Assembly: GCF_902459465.1 (NCBI RefSeq)
Contig: NC_047062.1
Span: forward strand, 558,001-622,000
Reading direction: 5' to 3'
DNA length: 64,000 bases
Source: Asterias rubens
Taxonomy: Eukaryota
Under the pieces are notes generated by a model. It ran no database searches. It had not been told where the DNA came from and worked only from the letters and a program-made list of their open reading frames with translations. This document shows positions 1 through 12,532 of the stretch, piece after piece (position 1 is the first letter of the stretch; every line of letters starts with the position of its first letter). A program made the translations under genes and the position numbers.

Positions 1-3000
1 CAGACTATGTTTCAAGGAGCTGGAAAAGTTGTCCTTATAGCAATTGCAATGTAAGTTAATCTCAAAGATTCTTCATCATTTATTGTAAATGGTTTATTCT
101 CTATTTGAGCAATATGTGTTAATATGTGATTTATTTATTTAGTTATATATTTACTTGTCCTCTTTGAAGAAGTTGTGTTAACTCTTTCTTTACCATGGGG
201 GACTTCAACGAGACAGCTTCCATAGCTTGACTGCAACTTATTATCATTGGAGTGATAATAGAGTTTGCAACTTAAGCCTCTAAATACATCATGCAGGCTG
301 TTTTGTAATAACTTATGGATGATACAACAGTTCGGGATCCTCCAAAGAAAGAAGCACAATAAAAGCTTGGAATTACCGGTATGAAGAAGAAGATGAATAA
401 ATGTTCAGTTTGAGTTTTTGGAGGCAAACCCCAAAAGAAGGAAAACACACGTAATTGGTTGGGACTCAATCCACATAAGTTGTGTTCATTGTGGGAGTGG
501 GTCCATAGAGGAGAAGGCAAGGCTAGGAGCCAATATGATCCCTGCTTCAATCTTCTTTTGGGCATAAATCATCTATGTTCTCTTTCTCTTTCAGTAACTC
601 AGCTAATTTCCTGTTCAAGCTGGTAGCCTGGATGTACAGTGGTTCTTCCAGTATGTTTGTAAATCATCTATGTTCTCATTCTCTTTCAGTAACTCAGCTA
701 ATTTCCTGTGCAAGTTGGTAGCCTGGATGTACAGTGGTTTTTCCAGTATGTTTGTAAATCATCTATGTTCTCATTCTCTTTCAGTAACTCAGCTAATTTC
801 CTGTGCAAGTTGGTAGCCTGGCTGTACAGTGGTTCTTCCAGTATGTTTGTAAATCATCTATGTTCTCATTCTCTTTCAGTAACTCGGCTAATTTCCTGTT
901 CAAGCTGGTAGCCTGGATGTACAGTGGTTCTTCCAGTATGTTTGTAAATCATCTATGTTCTCATTCTCTTTCAGTAACTCGGCTAATTTCCTGTTCAAGC
1001 TGGTAGCCTGGATGTACAGTGGTTCTTCCAGTATGTTTGTAAATCATCTATGTTCTCATTCTCTTTCAGTAACTCGGCTAATTTCCTGTTCAAGCTGGTA
1101 GCCTGGATGTACAGTGGTTCTTCCAGTATGTTTGTAAATCATCTATGTTCTCTTTCTCTTTCAGTAACTCAGCTAATTTCCTGTGCAAGTTGGTAGCCTG
1201 GATGTACAGTGGATCTTCCAGTATGTTTGTAAATCATCTATGTTCTCATTCTCTTTCAGTAACTCGGCTAATTTCCTGTGCAAGTTGGTAGCCTGGATGT
1301 ACAGTGGTTCTTCCAGTATGTTTGTAAATCATCTATGTTCTCATTCTCTTTCAGTAACTCGGCTAATTTCCTGTTCAAGTTGGTAGCCTGGATGTACAGT
1401 GGATCTTCCAGTATGTTTGTAAATCATCTATGTTCTCATTCTCTTTCAGTAACTCGGCTAATTTCCTGTGCAAGTTGGTAGCCTGGATGTACAGTGGTTC
1501 TTCCAGTATGTTTGTAAATCATCTATGTTCTCATTCTCTTTCAGTAACTCGGCTAATTTCCTGTTCAAGCTGGTAGCCTGGATGTACAGTGGTTCTTCCA
1601 GTATGTTTGTAAATCATCTATGTTCTCATTCTCTTTCAGTAACTCAGCTAATTTCCTGTTCAAGCTGGTAGCCTGGATGTACAGTGGTTCTTCCAGTATG
1701 TTTGTAAATCATCTATGTTCTCATTCTCTTTCAGTAGCTCAGCTAATTTCCTGTTCAAGCTGGTAGCCTGGATGTACAGTGGATCTTCCAGTATGTTTGT
1801 AAATCATCTATGTTCTCATTCTCTTTCAGTAACTCGGCTAATTTCCTGTTCAAGCTGGTAGCCTGGATGTACAGTGGTTCTTCCAGTATGTTTGTAAATC
1901 ATCTATGTTCTCATTCTCTTTCAGTAACTCAGCTAATTTCCTGTGCAAGTTGGTAGCCTGGATGTACAGTGGTTGTTCCAGTATGTTTGTAAATCATCTA
2001 TGTTCTCTTTCTCTTTCAGTAACTCAGCTAATTTCCTGTGCAAGTTGGTAGCCTGGATGTACAGTGGTTCTTCCAGTATGTTTGTAAATCATCTATGTTC
2101 TCATTCTCTTTCAGTAACTCAGCTAATTTCCTGTTCAAGCTGGTAGCCTGGATGTACAGTGGTTCTTCCAGTATGTTTGTAAATCATCTATGTTCTCTTT
2201 CTCTTTCAGTAACTCAGCTAATTTCCTGTTCAAGCTGGTAGCCTGGATGTACAGTGGTTCTTCCAGTATGTTTGTAAATCATCTATGTTCTCATTCTCTT
2301 TCAGTAACTCAGCTAATTTCCTGTTCAAGCTGGTAGCCTGGATGTACAGTGGTTTTTCCAGTATGTTTGTAAATCATCTATGTTCTCATTCTCTTTCAGT
2401 AACTCAGCTAATTTCCTGTTCAAGCTGGTAGCCTGGATGTACAGTGGTTCTTCCAGTATGTTTGTAAATCATCTATGTTCTCATTCTCTTTCAGTAACTC
2501 AGCTAATTTCCTGTTCAAGCTGGTAGCCTGGATGTACAGTGGTTCTTCCAGTATGTTTGTAAATCATCTATGTTCTCATTCTCTTTCAGTAACTCAGCTA
2601 ATTTCCTGTTCAAGCTGGTAGCCTGGATGTACAGTGGTTCTTCCAGTATGTTTGTAAATCATCTATGTTCTCTTTCTCTTTCAGTAACTCAGCTAATTTC
2701 CTGTGCAAGTTGGTAGCCTGGATGTACAGTGGATCTTCCAGTATGTTTGTAAATCATCTATGTACTCTTTCTCTTTCAGTAACTCGGCTAATTTCCTGTT
2801 CAAGCTGGTAGCCTGGATGTACAGTGGTTCTTCCAGTATGTTTGTAAATCATCTATGTTCTCATTCTCTTTCAGTAACTCAGCTAATTTCCTGTTCAAGC
2901 TGGTAGCCTGGATGTACAGTGGATCTTCCAGTATGTTTGTAAATCATCTATGTTCTCATTCTCTTTCAGTAACTCAGCTAATTTCCTGTTCAAGCTGGTA

Positions 3001-6000
3001 GCCTGGATGTACAGTGGTTCTTCCAGTATGTTTGTAAATCATCTATGTTCTCTTTCTCTTTCAGTAACTCGGCTAATTTCCTGTTCAAGCTGGTAGCCTG
3101 GATGTACAGTGGATCTTCCAGTATGTTTGTAAATCATCTATGTTCTCATTCTCTTTCAGTAACTCAGCTAATTTCCTGTTCAAGCTGGTAGCCTGGATGT
3201 ACAGTGGTTCTTCCAGTATGTTTGTAAATCATCTATGTTCTCATTCTCTTTCAGTAACTCAGCTAATTTCCTGTTCAAGTTGGTAGCCTGGATGTACAGT
3301 GGTTCTTCCAGTATGTTTTCTGAAGCAATTCACTCGGCTGCCGATGTTTGTAATCAGGTCATTCTTGCCTTAGGAATCAGACAGTCCATCAAGAGACCTT
3401 CAGCGGATCATCCGTGAGTTTTCTTTATCACAATATTCAACCAACAATATTTAGGCATAATATTTGAATTACTTTAGTCTGATTTTGTTTGGGAAAACCC
3501 CCAGACAAATTATGAATGATTAAAGTTTCCTATATCATAATATTCAACATAATACTCAACAATATTTAGTCTGATTTCTACAAATTGTGATTAAACAGTA
3601 TAGCCTGGAAAGTTTAATAAAGCCTGTACCATGTGAACATGTAGGTCAGCCCCTGTACTCAATAAAATGTTACTACTTGTTTCCAAGGAAATGCCTGAAT
3701 ATGTTGTCAGTTCAAATATAGGTAACCAAAAGTAGCATGTAAGCAGCACACAAGTTTTAAAGTGCACAAATGTGACATATTTTCTAAATAATTTGGATTT
3801 GCAAATGAAACCAATGCTGAGTAAAGGGGCATATCTCAGAGCTTGCTAAGCTAGTGTATTCTTACAACTCTTAATTTGTATTTGTAACTAAGAGATGTTT
3901 TTAAAAATGCCCAGTGTAGCATCTTGCCTGCTAGAAAAGGTCCTGGAGTGTGCAAGGTTACTCATTTTCTAATGGTAGTCTATTCTGGGTTTTTACAGGT
4001 ATGGATTCAGCAGTATTCGATATGTCTCTTCACTCATCAGCGGAGTCGCCATTTTCTGTATCGGTGCTGGCTTTTCTTGTTACCATGGTTTCATGGGATT
4101 AATCCATCCCGAGCCAATGGAATCTCTCTTCTGGTCATACTGTATTCTGGCTGGATCACTTCTAACAGAGGGAGGTAGGTTTATTTCTGCCACCCAAGAG
4201 GGCCCTCAATTCCTGCTCAATGGTTCTGACACAAGCTGTGGTTCAAGCACAGGTATAAGTTCTTGTTCCTGCTATAGTTTTGGCTCTGGTGCAGGCTGTG
4301 GGTCCTCTTCTGGTTCCAGTTTTTTGTTTCAGTTTTGGCTCTATTGCTGGTTACACCTCTGGTCTAGTGCCGTTTCCAGCTCTGTGAGCCCTAACCACTT
4401 CACATGGTATTTTTAGAACATTTCCATGCATTTATAAGTTCTTGTTCTTGCTATAGTTTTGGCTCTGGTGCAGGCTCTGGGTCCTCTTCTGGTTCCAGTT
4501 TTTATTTCATTTCATTTCATTTTTATTTCATTTTATCACAGCATGCAAAAGAAAGATCTCATTTTCCTTTGTGCCGGTAACTCCTCGAGCCGGGCTACGT
4601 CCCGTAGCCTTAGATCTCAAGGGTCTTTCTCAGGATCCTCGCTGTTCCCAAAAGCGCTGCCTTCTGTAATAGATCTACCCTCACATTTGTCCCTATTTCA
4701 TCTAGATGTTTCCCCAGTGCTTTGGGAATGGTGCCAAGTGCTCCAACCACCACGGGGACTACTTTTACCTTTACCTGCCAAATTATTATTATTAGCTGTT
4801 TCGCTAGCAGCGAAACAGCTCTTGTTTTTGTTAAAGTTTTTGTTATTGTTTTTTATTTTTTTATTTTTTTTATTTGTCTGTTTCAGTACTCGCAATTTTT
4901 TGCATACATGTAGTTCCCAAAGATCAATTGCAATGAAACTTTCAGGGATTGAAGGTTATGGTGCAATAATGATCCTAAAGCAAGGATGTCATGATGACGT
5001 CATCACTGGTCACGTGACGTCATCTTAAAGGTGTTTTATGTTAAATGTTTGAAAATCTATATCAAATCAGCCAAACGAAACCGTAGGTTTCTGTTTGCGG
5101 GATGTGGTAGGGATAAATTAGGTCTTCATTTTGTTTTGTGTGCGTGACCTCACATGACCTCTACTTCTGGTTGAAACGGGCCAAAAACGGAAGTGCCCTG
5201 TAACTCAAAAGTGGTAAAAGTTATGAAGATGCTTTCCAAGGACGTAAGTGTCTAGCAAGGGTGGGCAGTTCAAAAAAAATATTGATGACGTCACAAATTG
5301 CAACAGCGCCCTCTAGCGGCAGGTTGAAAAATCGTCAAAATGGACTTTTTTGAAGATGTGTGTGGTGAAGTTTTTTGTAATCACTTTAAATTTTACACAC
5401 ATGTTTACGGTCAGCCAGCCATCATGCGTGTGAAGTTTCAGATCAATGACGTCATCGGGGGTCACGTGACGTGTCCTCAAAGGTGCACTTTTTGAATTAA
5501 TATAACTCCCTAAGTAATTATGCGATCATGTTGAAACTTGGTAGGTTGGTGGATATTGACAAGTTCTTATGAAATGCGACATGACGTCATGATGACGTCA
5601 TCACATGATTTTTTATGATTTTTTCAATTTTTGCACCTTTAACATATAAATTGCTATCTGAATATGGTATAATCCAAATTATTTTTTTATTTATGCCACA
5701 TTGGGCAAATTGCTTTGAATACCCAACAAATTTAAAACTCAGTTGAGAAATTTGAAATTTTTATTGACGAAACAGCTCTGCATTTGTGCACAAATGCAAT
5801 TTAGCTCTAGTTATTATTATTATTATTATTGTTATTATTATTATTATTATTATTATTTATTTGACCTCAACAAATACCACATTGCCACATTGGAACCCTG
5901 ACTTTTATCTTAAATGATGTGATTTTGTGTTTCAGCTACCTTAATGATTGCCATCAATGCTATTAAGAAAGGAGCTAAAGCTAAACAACAGACCTTCATG

Positions 6001-9000
6001 GAATATGGTAAGTCACTTCAACTCAAGTCATCATCACAATAATCATGATTGCCAAGGAGTCAATGTCCCCGTGTGTTTTACAGTAAAGAGGGCATTTTAC
6101 ATGACACCGTATTTACAAGTTTACCGTCATTTTCGTGTGCAATTTGTGCATTGGTTTGATTAATTTTGCCATACAGGCTCATCACATGGTATTGGTGTGC
6201 ACAGCAGATGCAGATAACAATTGAACCCAACACTATTTCTGTTCTAATTCTATGGTTCAGTATTATTACAAGTCATTGTGCTGCCACCCACCCATCTAAA
6301 GTCTCTCATTACAACCAGTAAAAACTGAGAGATATTTCAATGCATAACAAGTCAACACTATTCCTTTTTTTGTTTCCTCAGTGCTGCGTAGCCGAGACCC
6401 AAGTATCAACGTTGTGTTATTAGAAGATGCAGCTGCAGTATTAGGTGTAATGGTTGCTGCTGGATGTATGGGATTGACATCATACACCGGTAACCCTATG
6501 TATGATGCCATGGGATCCATCGCTATTGGAGCTATCTTAGGTTTGTCTTAAATAAGCTAAGACTCTTTAAGGACTGGTCTGAAGATTTGCCTCAATCTTT
6601 AAATATCAAGTAGTAAACAATAAGGAAAACTGACTGGGTAAATTTAAGTTATTTTAGATAATAATAAAAAAAATTCTTAGATCGGGACTTGAAACAACGA
6701 CATCTGGTTTAGCCTGCTGGTGCTTTACTAACTGACCTATCTAGTCTTGAAACAATGACCTCTGGTTTAGCCTGCTGGTGCTCTACTAACTGACCTATCT
6801 AGTCTTGAAACAATGACATCTGGTTTAGCCTGCTGGTACTCTACTAACTGACCTATCTAGTCTTGAAACAACGACATCTGGTTTAGCCTGCTGGTACTCT
6901 ACTAACTGACCTATCTAGTCTTAATGTTGGCTGTCTCTTTATTTTGCCAATATCTCTTTTCAATCTTAATTTCTAAGCACAGTTTGCATATTATTACAAT
7001 ACAAATCTCTAATGATGATATTGGCAACTCATGCTCAGGTCCATGAATGTTATCATAACTTTACCATTTATTTTGTTGCCAGGATGTGTGTCAGGGTTTT
7101 TAATTTACAGTAACACAGAAGCACTATTGGGCCGCTCCATACCAGAGAGTGAACTGATGAGAATAAGCAGTATGCTGGAAAATGATGTCATGGTCAGGTA
7201 AGCAAATAGATATCAAGTTGTTGTTTTATTAAACCTCGACCCTTTTCGCTGGAAAATGAAGTCTGGAATTTGCCAAACAGCTTAAAAATTGTAACATGAA
7301 TTACCTCAAAGCAGGTATGTAAAAGTCCTATACACTCAGCATTCTCTGGGTTCTATTTTTATGGGAATTTCTGACAATTTGGAAGTTCAACCTTTCATTT
7401 TTACTTTTGATTGAAGAAAATAGAGCTTGGTTTGTGTTGGAATTTGATTGGAGTTGAATTGTATTTTGCCTGATTGTTTCTCTGTTGTTGACATAATAGG
7501 GGTGTTTACGATGTAAAGGCTACAGACATGGGAGTTGATACAATCCGATTCAAGGCAGAGGTTGACTTTGATGGAAGAGAAGTGACAAGATCCTACCTTG
7601 ATGGCCAAGATCTAGAGAGTTTACTACAGGTTAGATAAATAAACACTTTCCATCTAGAGATGGAAGGACACCAGGGTCTACATAACTTTGATTGTGGCTG
7701 CCTGGCCAAACAGTTTAGATCCCAATTTCATTGTTCTGTTTAATGTCGGACTCTGTGCTTACCACCTCCATTCTGTGCTTACCACCTCCATTCTGTGCTT
7801 ACCACCTCCATTCTGTGCTTACCACCTCCATTCTGTGCTTACCACCTCCATTCTGTGCTTACCACCTCCATTCTGTGCTTACCACCTCCATTCTGTGCTT
7901 ACCACCTCCATTCTGTGCTTACCACCTCCATTATGTGCGTACCAACTCCATTATGTGCTTACCGCCTCCATTCTGTGCTTACCGCCTCCATTTTGTGCTT
8001 ACCGCCTCCATTCTGTGCTTACCGCCTCCATTCTGTGCTTACCACCTCCATTCTGTGCTTACCACCTCCATTCTGTGCTTACCACCTCCATTCTGTGCTT
8101 ACCACCTCCATTCTGTGCTTACCACCTCCATTCTGTGCTTACCACCTCCATTCTGTGCTTACCACCTCCATTCTGTGCTTACCACCTCCATTCTGTGCTT
8201 ACCACCTCCATTCTGTGCTTACCATCTCCATTCTGTGCTCACTGTGCAAGTGCCAAATTTCTGATGCATACATACATGCAAAAATTGCTGCTAACCTGTG
8301 AAATGCACTTGACTTAAACCCTGGGCCCAATGTCATGGCTCTGCTTACCGCCGAATTCTGCGCTTACGATCGCGATTCCCCGCTTACGTGCAAGCGCCGA
8401 ATTTCTGTGCTAGCCTTCTAAGCATAGAATGCCTAGTAAGGTGAAGTACGCACGCGCAGAAGCCAAAATTCGCCGCTAACCTGTGAAATACGATTGCCGT
8501 AAGCACAGAATTCCCTGCTTCCGCAAGTGCTGATTCTGTGCTTACGGTAAGCAGAGCCATGAAATTGGGCCCTGATTCTTTGCTTATTGTAAGCAGATGC
8601 ATGAATTGGGCGCCTGTCTTTACTCCACTTGGCACTGGTCTATGTTTTAAAGTTGTATTCAATTCAATTTAATTGTTTTATTGTCACACATATATATACA
8701 TATTCACTTCTGTACCTGAGGATAAAGCAATGCAGAGGTTTGGATGTAGCTATGGGAGCAATAAATTAGCTAATTGCACAAATGGACTGTGCAAGTCTTG
8801 CGTTTACTCGATGTACTTGGGACCAAAGAGGTCACAAAAAATGTCTATAGGTGCGATTTTTACCACTCCTCTGGTGTTTCAACCAGAATTCTGCATTTCT
8901 AGAATTCCTGAAAAAGTGTCTGCAACCTTGCAAACTTTGAAGTGGTATTATCCGCTATTGGATGCCATGCCATATAATAGTTTGATTCTTGCTTTGACTT

Positions 9001-12000
9001 GATAGGAGTTGAAGACTTACACAACGATGGAAGAGATTGAAGGATTCATGTTGAAACATGGAGAGAAGATTATTGATTCACTTGGAGCTGAGGTAGACAG
9101 GATAGAAAAGGAAATCAAGGTAATTATAGTTCTATTATTTCTACTGCATGTATTGATGATAATTACTGAGAGTTTTTTTATTGTTGATATCTGTAGACAA
9201 CTTTTTATTCCAGGAATATTTGAAATGTTATTAGCATGGTTTCCCTTGTAGTCAATAGACGATGTGACCTATGTTTACATTTAAACCGCCCTCTGTTGAC
9301 AAAACACTGTATACGTCATGTTTCGCTGGGCAAAAAGACGCGTAGTCGTGGTAAGATTGCATACACTTTCTAGCTGGCTGCCAAAACACAAAGGTTTTGC
9401 CCGGCGGTATGCGCGCGAATCATGTTATGGTTTTCGAGTGACGTCAGAGGTCACATCGTCTATAGAAGGGGCTGCTTACCTGAAGCAAGTATACTGTTTG
9501 AAACGTCGAGACCAGACCAACTATTTTCAGAGCCAACACTACTCCCAATAGAGGACCAGATTTAGACATTTTTTCATGTCGAGTCACACAAATTGCAAAA
9601 GTTTGTTTTATTGTTGATTCTTGTTTATTGGGTGGTTATTGATGACATATCCAAAATCAGACATGAGTTTCAAGCCAGAAGTGACCTAATTTGCATATTT
9701 AAATTAGGTGGTAATTAGCAATCTTTAAAGTCAATTATCTCTAAAACTATTCATTTTATGGACAAGTTTTGTGTTAGAGGTGAATAGAAACCCGACCCTG
9801 AGAATCTAAAAAACATATTTGTATTCTCGATTGACCCTTTACAAATAACTAGGTCAAAGGTCAAGAGGTTAAACATGGTTTAATTGGTTTTCTCCACTCA
9901 AATGCATTTACATGGCATATCATGACAGTGTAATAAATACCATGAACAAATTCTTCGGGTTGAATGATTCCCCCTGTACCAATTGACTTTTATCAATGAC
10001 ATTCAATGAAATAAAACTCACTCAAATGACCTCTCTAACCAGCTAGGTCAAAGGTAAAGTTGTCAACTTCATGTATTTCAACAATTGACCTGAGCTGGAT
10101 TGTTGTCCCTTTTCTCTTGTAGCAAACCTTTAACATCCCCGCCTCCCCACTGTTGCCTCCTCTTGCCCCCCCCCACTCTTTGTTGCCTATAACGGTTGTT
10201 GCCTCCCCAGTTGTTTGGTCCTAAGTTGTTGCCTCCCCATGTTTGCCTCTCCCCCCCCCCCCCCCCCCCCCCCCCCCCGCCTCCCCAGTTGTTGTCTCCC
10301 CTGTTGTTGCCTCCCGTTGCCAACACTGTTGTTGCCTCCCCTATTTTTGTCTCATCTGATTGTCTCCGTTGTTGCCTCCCCTGTTGTTGACTCCCCTGAT
10401 GTTGCCTCCTCTGATGTTGCCTTGCCTGTTGTAGTCTCTCCTGCTGTTGCCTCCCTTGCTGTTTTCTCCCCTGATTGTCTCCCCTGTTGTTGCTTCCCGT
10501 TATGTTGCCTACCCTGTTGTTGCCTCCCCTGCTTTGGCCCCCTGGTTGTTGCCTCCCCTGTTGTTGCCTCCCCTAGTTTTGCTTCCTCTGATTGTCTCTC
10601 ATGATGTTGCCCCTCCCACGCCCCCCCCTTGTTGTTGCATCACCTGATGTTGCCTCCCCATGTGTCCTCCTCCATGTTGCCTCCCCAGGTAGTACCTCCT
10701 CAGGTATTGCTTCCCCTGCTGGTTCATCCTTCTCTGGTGCCTCCCGTTGTTACCTCCCAACCTGTGCCTCCCTAGTTGTTGCCCCCTGTTGTTGCCAGCC
10801 TGTTGTTGCCTCCCTGTTGTTGCCTCTCTGTTGTTGACTCCCAATGTTGCCTCCTCAGCTGGTACCTTCTCAGGTGCCCCCCCCCCCTGGATCCTCCCAA
10901 CTTGTGCCTCCCTCGTTGTTGCCTCTTCCGATTGTCTCCCCTGAAGTTGCCTCCCGTTGCCTACCATGTTGTTGCCTCCCCTATTTTTGCCTCCCCTGAT
11001 GTCTCCCCTGTTGTTGCCTCCCGTTGGCTACACCCTGTTGGTGCCTCCCCTATTTTTTCCTCCTCTGCTTTGGCCCCTTGTTGTTGCCTCCCCTGATGTT
11101 GCCTCCCAACGTGTCCTCCCCCATGTTGCCTCCCCAGCTGGTACCTCGTCAGGTATGGCTTCCCCCGCTGGTTCATCCTCCTCTAGTGCCTCTCGTTGTT
11201 ACCTTCCCAGGTGGTACCTTCTCAAGTGTCCCCCCCCCCCCCCCCCCGCTGGTTCCTCCCAAACTTGTGTCTCCCTTGCTGCTGACTCTATCGTTTAGAG
11301 CACTGTTAACTATAGTTGTTCTGCGGTCGTCTTCTTCACAAGAATTGTATCATGTAGAGCACCATCCGCTATACGCCTTCCCACTGAGCATAATAGGTGA
11401 CCGTATTTTTACCAGCATAGGTCCTCTCTGCCGTCAATGGTTATTTTGCTATACTTTGGAAACTACCTTGGAGGTTATTAGAGGCTCACGCCCCGGTGTT
11501 TGCTTGACGTCCTTATGTAGTTTAGCTTTATCATAGAACAGACAAAGCCTTTTCTCCTACAACCTGAGTTTCATGACATACCAAACATAAAATCGAGTAC
11601 TTTGGCAAATTTTCTGATACACTCATGCGGATACTAAACCGCAATGAAATTAGCTATGCTGTTTAGGGCACATCGCAACTAAGTGGTCTTTATACATTTG
11701 CTGACACATTGACCTTTGACCTAGATGATGACTATTATAGGTCATTTGGGACAGGGTGGAATCATTCAACCTGAAGAATTAATTAATTATTTGTTACACT
11801 GTTATGGTACCACGTACAATGCATTTGAGTGGAGAAAACCAATTAAACGCATGTTTAACCCCTTACAAATATGTTTTTTAGATTCTCAAGGTCAGGTTTC
11901 TATTCACTTCTAACACAAACCTTGTCCATAAAATGAATAGTTTTAGAGATAATTGACCTTAAAGATTGCTAATTACCACCTAATTTAAATATGCAAATTA

Positions 12001-12422
12001 GGTCACTTCTGGCTTGAAACTCTTGTCCAATTTTGGATATGTTATCAATAACCACCCAATAAACAAGAATCAACAATAAAACAAACTTTTGCAATTTGTG
12101 TGACTCAAAAGTCTAAATCTGGTCCTCTACAATCGAAATTTACACTTGGTTCTACTGGCAAGTTCACTAGTTAAATGAGTTACTTCTTAAGTTCCACAAT
12201 GCAAAGCTTCAAACATCACTTAAACCTTTTGGTTGCATGCACAGTCTAGCACATGGTGAAGTGTACAAAACATTTTGTAGTCGGGGCATGAGACATGAAA
12301 TTGAAAACTCATGAAAAATACCAAGTTACCCAATTTCACTGTTTCATAAAATGTTTTATATTTTGTTTGTATCCTAGACATTGAACCCAGAGGTGCGACA
12401 TGTTGACTTGGAGATCTTATGA
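1..12422 (+). CDS. SLC30A9: Zinc transporter 9 (ZnT9, CDF family), 3' part of gene; 5' exons lie upstream of the window
   Basis: GT-AG exons <1-50, 3255-3413, 3999-4174, 5936-6007, 6382-6540, 7083-7197, 7500-7629, 9006-9119, 12378-12422(TGA) join in frame. They read GAGKVVLIAIAINSANFLFKLVAWMYSGSSSMFSEAIHSAADVCNQ...HPYGFSSIRYVSSLISGVAIF...RDPSINVVLLEDAAAVLG...DVKATDMGVDTIRFKAEVDFDGREVTRSYL...NPEVRHVDLEIL*, matching recalled ZnT9 throughout. Confidence 0.97.
566..3318 (+). repeat. 95-bp tandem array, 29 copies, of SLC30A9 3' splice site plus first 64 nt of exon
   Basis: Acceptor TCTCTTTCAG|TAACTC recurs at 595+95n up to 3255 (n=0-28). Only the last copy continues as TTTTCTGAAGCAATTCAC and reaches the donor at 3414. 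Confidence 0.97.
4500..4780 (-). mobile_element. 5'-truncated non-LTR retrotransposon with RLE-type C-terminus (R4/Dong-like)
   Basis: Minus strand 4780-4610 reads WQVKVKVVPVVVGALGTIPKALGKHLDEIGTNVRVDLLQKAALLGTARILRKTLEI*. It is followed by a short 3' UTR and a (TGAAA)n-like tail, and the truncated end abuts (TAA)n. Confidence 0.75.
4794..5810 (+). mobile_element. Non-autonomous Helentron/Helitron-type element (HINE/DINE-1-like)
   Basis: 5' AGCTGTTTCGCT with adjacent inverted AGCGAAACAGCT (4794-4820). 3' subterminal CGAAACAGCT (5768-5777), perfect palindrome GCATTTGTGCACAAATGC (5780-5797), then CTAG, flanked by (TTA)n. Confidence 0.7.
6684..6960 (-). repeat. Degenerate tRNA-derived SINE with its head amplified as a ~55-bp tandem (x4)
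   Basis: Unit CTTGAAACAACGACATCTGGTTTAGCCTGCTGGTACTCTACTAACTGACCTATCTAGT and its tail resemble the SINE at 26649-27290. Confidence 0.6.
7750..8240. repeat. 20-bp minisatellite (TTCTGTGCTTACCACCTCCA), ~24 copies
   Basis: Direct reading. It shares TTCTGTGCTTAC with the adjacent MITE. Confidence 0.95.
8323..8572. mobile_element. MITE with ~28-bp TIRs
   Basis: GGGCCCAATGTCATGGCTCTGCTTACCG ... CGGTAAGCAGAGCCATGAAATTGGGCCC. Confidence 0.85.
9256..9462. mobile_element. Short MITE
   Basis: TIR TAGACGATGTGACCT ... AGGTCACATCGTCTA. Confidence 0.7.
9549..12129. mobile_element. Non-autonomous long-TIR DNA transposon (Academ-like), copy 1
   Basis: TAGAGGACCAG...CTGGTCCTCTA termini, TIRs over 200 bp, 3-bp TSD CAA (9546-9548 and 12130-12132). 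Interior is degenerate GTTGTTGCCTCCCC repeats with no transposase. Confidence 0.8.
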
Positions 12423-12532
12423 GGTGTGGAATTAGAGTCTGCTGTAATATTGATTGATGTGCAATACATTCTTAAAGGGATAGAGAGACGAAGGGTAGGG
12501 GCATCAGGGTTGGTAAATGGATTATTGTTGGC

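Noticed and set aside
708-3417. Series of 67-aa ORFs as a tandem multigene family or CRISPR-like array
   Set aside because: They are shifted-frame readings of the 95-bp SLC30A9 exon-edge repeat. There are no unique spacers or cas genes, and the context is eukaryotic.
7688-8317. Long ORFs (209, 177, 168 aa)
   Set aside because: Products of a stop-free 20-bp minisatellite in an intron.
10078-11536. Pro/Cys/Leu-rich ORFs, also at 59764-60308
   Set aside because: Low-complexity interior of the Academ-like elements; no transposase motifs.
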